The translations under genes and the position numbers were made by a program. Positions 57,001 through 64,000 of a DNA stretch of 64,000 nt are shown in pieces. Within the stretch, counting starts at the first letter, position 1. Each line of letters begins with the position of its first letter. The notes beneath the pieces are model-generated. The model saw only the letters and a list, made by a program, of their open reading frames with translations, searched no databases and had not been told where the DNA came from. Where the stretch lies: NCBI GenBank assembly GCA_033763905.1, contig JANRJP010000037.1:32001-96000 (forward strand). The letters are read 5' to 3'. The stretch comes from Gemmatimonadaceae bacterium. Lineage in GTDB: Bacteria; Gemmatimonadota; Gemmatimonadetes; Gemmatimonadales; Gemmatimonadaceae.

Positions 57001-59412
57001 ATGCGGATCGTCGTGCTGGGAGGTGGCCCGGGGGGACTCTACGCCGCGTTGCTGCTCAAGCGACGCCTCCCCTCCGCGGAAGTGACCGTACTCGAGCGCA
57101 ATCGCGCGGACGATACCTTCGGCTGGGGCGTCGTCCTGTCCGACCAGACCGTCGCCAACCTCACGGAGGCCGAACCGGTCTCGGGTCGTCGAATCGCCGA
57201 GGCCCTGCACCACTGGGACGACATCGACGTCCACATTCGCGGGCGGACGCTGCGATCGACCGGTCACGGGTTCAGTGGGATCGGCCGCAAGCGCCTGCTG
57301 CGGGAGCTGCAATCCCGCGCTGCAGAACTCGGTGTCGACCTGCGATTCTCGACCGAGGCGGCCGACCCCGCCGCCGCGCTCAACGCGTTCGGGGCCGACC
57401 TGATCATCGCCGCCGACGGCCTCAACTCCCGTACCCGCGAGCGCTACGCCGAGACGTTTCGCCCTGACATCGACCTGCGCGCCTGTCGGTACGTGTGGCT
57501 CGGCACGCCCCGCCGCTTCGACGCCTTCACCTTCGCGTTCGAAGAGACGCCGCACGGGTGGGTCCAGGCGCACGCGTATCAGTTCGACGCCGACACCAGC
57601 ACCTTCATCGTGGAGATGCCCGAGGACGTGTGGCGGGCGAACGGGCTCGACACGATGGAGCCGGCCGCGGCCATCGCCTGGTGCGAAGATCGCTTCGCGC
57701 GACATCTGGATGGTGCCCCACTGATTTCCAATGCCGCGCACCTGCGGGGGTCGGCGCAGTGGATCCGCTTCCCGCGCGTGACCTGCGAGCGCTGGGTACA
57801 CTGGCTGGAGCACGACGCCCGCCGTGTCCCGGTTGTGCTGCTCGGCGATGCGGCGCACACGGCCCACTTCTCGATCGGGTCAGGTACCAAGCTCGCGCTG
57901 GAGGACGCCATCGCGCTCGATCGCGCATTGGCGCCGTTGCTGGCGACCGCAGCCGATGGTTCGCGCGGCCCCGATGCCTCCGCGTTGACGGGGGCGCTCG
58001 AGACGTGGCACGCCGACCGGTCGCTCGAGGTGCTCAAGCTGCAGAACGCCGCTCGGAACTCCACCGAGTGGTTTGAACACGTGGCGCGCTACGCGCCGCT
58101 GCCGCCGGAGCAGTTCGCCTACTCGTTGCTTACGCGGTCTCAGCGCATCTCGCACGAGAATCTGCGCCTGCGTGATGCGGCGTACATCGCGGGATTCGAG
58201 CAGTGGTTCGCGGCGGGCCGCCCGATCGCCGGGTCGGCATCGGCGCCGGCCCCTTCGGCCAAGCCGCTCACGCCGCTCTTCACGCCCTACACCGTCCGCG
58301 GCCTGACGCTGCCCAACCGGGTGGTGGTGTCGCCGATGGCACAGTACTCGGCATCGCCGGAGGGGCTGCCGTCCGACTGGCATCTCGTCCACCTCGGAGC
58401 CCGCGCGGCCGGTGGCGCGGGCCTCGTGTTCACCGAGATGACCTGCGTGTCCGCCGATGCCCGAATCACACCGGCCTGCCCCGGGCTCTGGAGTGACGAG
58501 CAGCGTGACGCGTGGCGGCGCATCGTGCAGTTCGTGCACACGCATACCGCGGCCAAGATCGCACTGCAGCTCGGACACGCGGGCGCCAAGGGGTCCACCA
58601 AACGGATGTGGGAGGGTATCGACCAGCCCCTCGAATCCGGCAACTGGCCGCTGATCGCTCCGTCGCCAACGCAGTACCTACCCGGGATCTCGCAGACGGC
58701 CCGGGAAATGACGGGCGAGGATTTCCGTCGCGTGCGCCAGGACTTCGTGGACGCCGCGCGCCGAGGGGCCGAGGCGGACTTCGATTGGCTCGAACTGCAC
58801 TGCGCGCACGGGTATCTGCTGTCGGCGTTCCTTTCACCGCTGACCAATCAGCGCACCGACGCGTACGGTGGTTCGCTCGAACGCCGCCTGGCGTTCCCGG
58901 TCGAGATCTTCTCGGCGATGCGGGAGGTCTGGCCGAGTGATCGACCGATGTCGGTGCGCATCTCGGCGCACGATTGGGCCGAGGGAGGCAACACCCCCGA
59001 TGACGCGGTTGAGATGGCGCGGGCCTTCAAGGCGGCTGGCGCTGATGTCATCGATGTCTCGGCGGGCCAGGTGGTGAAGCACGAACGTCCGGTCTTCGGT
59101 CGGATGTGGCAAACACCGTTCGCGGATCGCGTGCGTCAGGAGGCGCAGATCGCAACGATGGCCGTGGGGGCCATTACCGACGCCGATCAGGCCAACGGCA
59201 TTCTGGCCTCGGGACGCGCCGATCTGGTCGCGATTGGACGACCACACTTGGCAAATCCGGCGTGGACACTGCTCGAGGCCGCGCGGCTCGATTACGGCGG
59301 CGCGACGTGGCCCGTGCAGTACGACGCGGGTCGCGCCCAACTCGAGCGGTTACTCGCGCGCGAGCGATCCGCGGCTCCGGCGAAGCCCCCCAAGCCCGGA
59401 GAGCTGACGTGA
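57001..59412 (+). CDS. abmA: 2-aminobenzoyl-CoA monooxygenase/reductase (salicylyl-CoA 5-hydroxylase family; FAD monooxygenase + OYE fusion)
   Basis: [37 protein letters not shown]-terminal [18 protein letters not shown]. Confidence 0.9.
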   Translation: MRIVVLGGGPGGLYAALLLKRRLPSAEVTVLERNRADDTFGWGVVLSDQTVANLTEAEPVSGRRIAEALHHWDDIDVHIRGRTLRSTGHGFSGIGRKRLLRELQSRAAELGVDLRFSTEAADPAAALNAFGADLIIAADGLNSRTRERYAETFRPDIDLRACRYVWLGTPRRFDAFTFAFEETPHGWVQAHAYQFDADTSTFIVEMPEDVWRANGLDTMEPAAAIAWCEDRFARHLDGAPLISNAAHLRGSAQWIRFPRVTCERWVHWLEHDARRVPVVLLGDAAHTAHFSIGSGTKLALEDAIALDRALAPLLATAADGSRGPDASALTGALETWHADRSLEVLKLQNAARNSTEWFEHVARYAPLPPEQFAYSLLTRSQRISHENLRLRDAAYIAGFEQWFAAGRPIAGSASAPAPSAKPLTPLFTPYTVRGLTLPNRVVVSPMAQYSASPEGLPSDWHLVHLGARAAGGAGLVFTEMTCVSADARITPACPGLWSDEQRDAWRRIVQFVHTHTAAKIALQLGHAGAKGSTKRMWEGIDQPLESGNWPLIAPSPTQYLPGISQTAREMTGEDFRRVRQDFVDAARRGAEADFDWLELHCAHGYLLSAFLSPLTNQRTDAYGGSLERRLAFPVEIFSAMREVWPSDRPMSVRISAHDWAEGGNTPDDAVEMARAFKAAGADVIDVSAGQVVKHERPVFGRMWQTPFADRVRQEAQIATMAVGAITDADQANGILASGRADLVAIGRPHLANPAWTLLEAARLDYGGATWPVQYDAGRAQLERLLARERSAAPAKPPKPGELT

Positions 59413-60170
59413 GCGGTCGGCCGCACGCGCTCGTCACCGGCGCAAACCGCGGCATCGGCGCCGCCATCGCGAGGCGTCTGGCGTCGGCGGGGGCGGACGT
59501 GACGCTCCTGGTGCGCTCGCGCGATGCCGGCGAGGCCATCGCACGCGAGCTGCCGGGTGCGCCGTTGGTGGTCACGGCAAGCGTGACCGATGCCGAGGCG
59601 GTGCACGCGGCCATCAGTGTGGCGGAGGCCGCGAAGGGACCGGTGACGTGGTGCGTGAACAACGCCGGAGCGGCGGAGAGCGCGCCCTTCCTCAAGACGG
59701 GGCCCGAGGTCTGGCAGCGGGCGCTCGACGTCAATCTGCTTGGCGCCGTGCACGTCAGCCGACGAGTGCTCCCCGGGATGCTCGATTTCGGGAGCGGACA
59801 GATCGTGATGATTGCCAGCACGGCGGGGCTCACCGGATATCCGTATGTCAGCGCGTATGTCGCCGCCAAGCACGCGGTCATCGGGCTCGTGCGGGCGCTC
59901 GACGCCGAGTTCGGCGCTCGCGGGATCGCGGTGAATGCGATCTGCCCGGGGTTCACGGACACGGACCTGGTGGCCGACAGCGTGTCGCGCATCGTGTCCA
60001 CCACCGGCCGCTCGGTGGACGCGGCGCGCGCGGCCTTGGCCAAGGCGAACCCGCAGGGCCGTCTGCTCACCCCCGACGAGGTCGCCGATGTGGTGCGTTG
60101 GCTGCTGGTGGATACTCGCGGGGTCGTGCGAGGCCGCACGATCGGCGTGGATGGCGGAGAACTCGCGTGA
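59409..60170 (+). CDS. SDR-family oxidoreductase
   Basis: [31 protein letters not shown]. Confidence 0.92.
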   Translation: MSGRPHALVTGANRGIGAAIARRLASAGADVTLLVRSRDAGEAIARELPGAPLVVTASVTDAEAVHAAISVAEAAKGPVTWCVNNAGAAESAPFLKTGPEVWQRALDVNLLGAVHVSRRVLPGMLDFGSGQIVMIASTAGLTGYPYVSAYVAAKHAVIGLVRALDAEFGARGIAVNAICPGFTDTDLVADSVSRIVSTTGRSVDAARAALAKANPQGRLLTPDEVADVVRWLLVDTRGVVRGRTIGVDGGELA

Positions 60171-60610
60171 CAACCGACGATCCGTTGCGCCTCTGGCTCC
60201 GGCTCTTCACTTGCTCGACGCTGATCGAGCGGGAGCTCGGCGCGCGACTCAAGCGCAGCTTCGGCAGTTCGCTCCCGCGCTTCGATCTGCTGGCCCAGTT
60301 GGACCGTGCGCCGGACGGACTGCGGATGACGACGTTGTCTCAGCGACTGCTCGTCACCGGCGGCAATGTGACCTGGCTCGTGACGTCGCTCGCGCGCGAC
60401 GGCCACGTGCGCCGCACCCGTGCGACCGACGACCGCCGGGCCGTCGTCGTGACACTCACCCCGTCCGGTCGGCGACACTTCCGTCAGATGGCGCGCGCGC
60501 ATCACGGCTGGGTGGAGGCGCTGATGGCGCCGCTCGCGCCGGCGGCCCGACGAGCCACCTTCGACCACCTTGGCGTCTTGAAGCGCCAGTTTGCCCCGGA
60601 GTCTCCGTGA
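60167..60610 (+). CDS. MarR-family regulator
   Basis: [27 protein letters not shown]...LT..G. Confidence 0.92.
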   Translation: MTTDDPLRLWLRLFTCSTLIERELGARLKRSFGSSLPRFDLLAQLDRAPDGLRMTTLSQRLLVTGGNVTWLVTSLARDGHVRRTRATDDRRAVVVTLTPSGRRHFRQMARAHHGWVEALMAPLAPAARRATFDHLGVLKRQFAPESP

Positions 60611-61455
60611 CCGATCAGGACCCGATGCGGGCGATGCGTCGCCCGTTCGCTGGACGCACGCCGACACACTTCCGCTGGCATACGACGGACGGCGGGCGAG
60701 TGGGGGTGATCACGCTCTCGCGTCCCGAGCGCAAGAACCCGTTGACGTTCGAGTCGTACGCGGAGTTGCGCGACTTCTTCAACGGCCTGCGCGACGCCAG
60801 CGACGTGCGCGTCGTGGTGCTGACGGGCGAGGGAGGCAACTTCTGCTCGGGCGGCGATGTCTTCGAGATCATCGAGCCACTCACGCGGATGGACACCCCT
60901 GCTCTGCTCGCGTTCACTCGAATGACAGGCGACTTGGTCAAGGCGATGCGCGCCTGCCCTCAGCCCATCATCGCGGCCGTGGACGGCGTCGCGGCTGGCG
61001 CTGGCGCCATTCTCGCGATGGCGTCGGATCTCCGCATCGCCACGCCGCAGGCGAAGACAGCCTTCCTCTTCACGCGCGTGGGACTCGCGGGCTGTGATAT
61101 GGGGGCGTGCGCGCTGCTCCCGCGCATCATCGGTCAAGGACGCGCCGCCGAACTGCTCTTCACCGGCCGCAGCTTCACCGCCGACGAAGGCGAGCGCTGG
61201 GGATTCTGGAACCGCGTCGTCTCGGCTGACACGCTCGTCACCGAGGCGATCGCGTTGGCGCAGACGCTGGCGTCGGGGCCGGTGTTCGCGCACGCGATGA
61301 CCAAGACGATGCTCGCCCACGAGTGGAACGTCTCCATCGACACGGCGATCGAAATGGAGGCGCAAGCGCAGGCGCTGTGTATGCAGACGCAGGACTTCCG
61401 CCGCGCGTTCGAGGCGTTCGCCGCCAAGCGGTCACCACTGTTCGAGGGGAACTGA
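60607..61455 (+). CDS. enoyl-CoA hydratase/isomerase family protein
   Basis: [37 protein letters not shown]. Confidence 0.93.
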   Translation: MTDQDPMRAMRRPFAGRTPTHFRWHTTDGGRVGVITLSRPERKNPLTFESYAELRDFFNGLRDASDVRVVVLTGEGGNFCSGGDVFEIIEPLTRMDTPALLAFTRMTGDLVKAMRACPQPIIAAVDGVAAGAGAILAMASDLRIATPQAKTAFLFTRVGLAGCDMGACALLPRIIGQGRAAELLFTGRSFTADEGERWGFWNRVVSADTLVTEAIALAQTLASGPVFAHAMTKTMLAHEWNVSIDTAIEMEAQAQALCMQTQDFRRAFEAFAAKRSPLFEGN

Positions 61456-61456
61456 G

Positions 61457-62641
61457 GTGCATCCGTCGCTGGCCGGTCGGCTCCGGCTTCCCTTCTACGA
61501 CGACGCGCATCGGGCGTTTGCCGAGGAACTGTGGGCGTGGTGCGCCGCCCAGGACCCGGTGGATCACCACGATGCCGACGCGGGGACACGAGCGTGGGTA
61601 CGCCGCCTCGGCGCCGCAGGGTGGCTCACGCCGACCGTGCCCGCTGCATTCGGCGGCCGCACCGCCCGTCTCGATTCGCGAACGCTGACGCTCGCGCGGG
61701 AGATTCTGGCGTACCACGACGGACTGGCCGACTTCGCCTTCGCGATGCAGGGGCTGGGCGCCGGACCGCTGTCGCTCGATGGGACGGAGACCCTGCAACG
61801 CACGTGGTTGCCGCGCGTGGCCGCGGGAGACGCCATTGCCGCCTTCGCCCTGAGCGAGCCCGATGCCGGCTCCGATGTGGGTGCGATGCAGTTGGCCGCG
61901 ACGCGTCACGAGGACTCGTGGGAACTCAACGGCGAGAAGACCTGGATCTCCAACGGTGGCATTGCCGACTTCTACTGCGTGTTCGCGCGCACAGACGCCG
62001 CAGCGACGGGAGCCAAGGGCATCAGCGCGTTCTTCGTCCCTGCCGATACACCCGGCCTGCAGGTCGCGGAGCGACTCCACGTGATCGCGCCACATCCGCT
62101 GGCGCGATTGCGCTTCGCCCAGTGTCGTGTGCCCGACGCCCACCGCCTCGGCGCGGTCGGCGACGGGTTCAAGCTGGCGATGCGGACGTTGGACATCTTT
62201 CGGACCTCGGTGGCGGCGGCCGCCACCGGCTTCGCGGCCCGTGCCCTTGACGCGGCGTTGCACCACGCGCGCGACCGGCGAATGTTCGGCGCCACCTTGG
62301 GTGATCAACCCTTGGCACAGGCGACCTTGGGCCAGATGGCGGCGGACCTCGACTCGGGCGCCTTGCTCACCGCCAGAGCCGCGTGGCTGCGCGACGTCGG
62401 TGGCGACCCGCGGGCGACGAGCGAAGCGGCGATGGCCAAGCTGCAATCCACCGAACTGGGGCAACGCATCATCGATCAGGCCGTGCAGTTGCACGGAGGC
62501 CGTGGCGTCCAGGAGGGATCGATCGTGGAGCGACTCTACCGGGAGATCCGCGCCCTGCGGATCTACGAAGGGGCGAGCGAAGTCCAGCAACTGATCATCG
62601 GTCGGCAGGCGCTCGCGCGCGTGCGCGGAGACCGCCGGTGA
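61457..62641 (+). CDS. acyl-CoA dehydrogenase
   Basis: [34 protein letters not shown]. Confidence 0.94.
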   Translation: MHPSLAGRLRLPFYDDAHRAFAEELWAWCAAQDPVDHHDADAGTRAWVRRLGAAGWLTPTVPAAFGGRTARLDSRTLTLAREILAYHDGLADFAFAMQGLGAGPLSLDGTETLQRTWLPRVAAGDAIAAFALSEPDAGSDVGAMQLAATRHEDSWELNGEKTWISNGGIADFYCVFARTDAAATGAKGISAFFVPADTPGLQVAERLHVIAPHPLARLRFAQCRVPDAHRLGAVGDGFKLAMRTLDIFRTSVAAAATGFAARALDAALHHARDRRMFGATLGDQPLAQATLGQMAADLDSGALLTARAAWLRDVGGDPRATSEAAMAKLQSTELGQRIIDQAVQLHGGRGVQEGSIVERLYREIRALRIYEGASEVQQLIIGRQALARVRGDRR

Positions 62642-64000
62642 CCGCGCCGCTGCTGCATCCCTCGGCGCACGTCGACACGTTCGCGCGCGAACACCTGCCA
62701 CCGGCGGAGGAATGGCCGATCCTGCATCTCGACGGACCGTTCGCGTATCCGCCGCAGCTCAACGTGGCCGAGCGGTTGCTCGACGCCGCAATCCGCGAGG
62801 GCCACGGCGACCGCCCCCTGTTGCTCACGCCCGGCATTGACGGGACGTGGCAGACGACGACGTGGGCAGAGTTCTCGCGACAGGTGGATGCGTGGAGCCA
62901 CGTGCTGCGAGACCGCTTCGCGGTGGTCCCCGGCAACCGCGTGCTGCTGCGCGGGTTCAACGGCCGCGACTTGGCCGCGGCGTGGTTTGCCGTGATGAAG
63001 GTCGGGGCGATCGCCGTCACGACGATGCCGATGCTGCGCGAGCCGGAGTTGCGCGTGGTGCTGCGCACCGCTCGATGCGCCCTCGCGATCACCGACGTAC
63101 GCTTGGCGGACGCGCTGCGGGCGGCGGCCGCCGCTGACGATGCCGCCGCCATTCCCGTCACTACGTGGGGCGCCGATGATCCGAACGACGTCCACCGCTT
63201 GGCGATGGGGTACACGGCGCCCTTCCCTGCCGTCGCCACCTCCTCGGACGATGTGTGCCTGATCGCCTTTACGTCGGGCACCACGGGAGTCCCGAAAGGC
63301 TGTATGCACTTCCATCGCGACGTGATGGCGATGTGCGATGGATTCTCGGCGCAGGTACTGCGACCGACGCCGGACGATCGCTGCATCGGCACGCCGCCAC
63401 TGGCGTTCACCTTCGGGCTTGGTGGTCTGTTGTGCTTTCCGATGGCGGCGCGCGCGAGTACGGTGCTGCTCGAGAAGGCGACGCCCGACTCTCTGCTCGA
63501 CGCCATCGCCGCCACGCGGGCGACCATCAGCTTCACCGCGCCAACATTCTACCGCCATATGGCGCTGGCAATCCAGGCGGCGCCCGGGCGATTCGATGTG
63601 TCGTCCTTGCGGCAGAGCGTGTCGGCCGGCGAAGCGCTGCCGGACGCGACGCGGACGCTGTGGCGTGACGCCAGCGGGATCGAAATGCTCGACGGTATCG
63701 GCGCGACGGAGTTGATTCACATCTTCATTGCCGCCGCTGGCACCGACGTGCGGCCGCGCGCCATCGGGCGCGCGGTGCCCGGGTACGAGGTGGCGATTCT
63801 GGACGATGCGCTGCAGCCCGTTCCACCCGGCACCGTCGGACGACTGGCCGTGCGCGGCCCCACCGGGTGTCGGTACCTGGCCGATCCTCGCCAGCGCGCC
63901 TATGTGCAGGGCGGGTGGAATCTGACCGGGGATGCCGCCACGATGGACGCCGACGGCTACGTGTACTTCAAGGCGCGCACCGATGACCTGATCATCTCGG
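62638..64000 (+). CDS. abmG: 2-aminobenzoate-CoA ligase-like AMP-binding enzyme (3'-truncated by window; absent from ORF track)
   Basis: my translation: [42 protein letters not shown]...[13 protein letters not shown] overlap with previous gene. Confidence 0.85.
   Translation, partial: MTAPLLHPSAHVDTFAREHLPPAEEWPILHLDGPFAYPPQLNVAERLLDAAIREGHGDRPLLLTPGIDGTWQTTTWAEFSRQVDAWSHVLRDRFAVVPGNRVLLRGFNGRDLAAAWFAVMKVGAIAVTTMPMLREPELRVVLRTARCALAITDVRLADALRAAAAADDAAAIPVTTWGADDPNDVHRLAMGYTAPFPAVATSSDDVCLIAFTSGTTGVPKGCMHFHRDVMAMCDGFSAQVLRPTPDDRCIGTPPLAFTFGLGGLLCFPMAARASTVLLEKATPDSLLDAIAATRATISFTAPTFYRHMALAIQAAPGRFDVSSLRQSVSAGEALPDATRTLWRDASGIEMLDGIGATELIHIFIAAAGTDVRPRAIGRAVPGYEVAILDDALQPVPPGTVGRLAVRGPTGCRYLADPRQRAYVQGGWNLTGDAATMDADGYVYFKARTDDLIIS

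Overview
High-GC bacterial chromosomal segment, most consistent with Gemmatimonadota (inferred from gene content and protein style; not verified by search). Every recognised gene from 1 to 55,907 is on the + strand. In order: a respiratory complex I operon (nuoA-N) with two tandem nuoM genes; phosphomannomutase; a UPF0182-like protein; sucCD-ndk; a plug-repeat exported protein; yceD-rpmF-plsX-fabHDG-acpP-fabF; a methyltransferase; futalosine-pathway mqnE/A/C; ispF; dedA; xerD; trpG/pabA; an outer-membrane hypothetical; a dipeptidase; kdsB-pyrG-kdsA-kdsC-kdsD-lptC-lptA-lptB-rpoN; a five-gene transmembrane glycosylation cluster; and dapF. An AT-rich gap at about 55.9-56.1 kb holds a convincing 28-bp dif (XerC/XerD) site, and KOPS-like GGGNAGGG octamers point toward it, so the window probably spans the replication terminus. 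Beyond it lie a minus-strand TPR/YfgM-like gene and a 2-aminobenzoyl-CoA (abm-type) catabolic operon that runs off the window end. The most notable observations are the '2M' complex I with one divergent NuoM and no lengthened NuoL helix, LptB with an unexplained ~160-aa N-terminal extension, the dif site with an adjacent XerC-arm-like hairpin, a REP-like palindrome, and candidate leaderless promoters. No CRISPR, rRNA, tRNA or transposase was seen.
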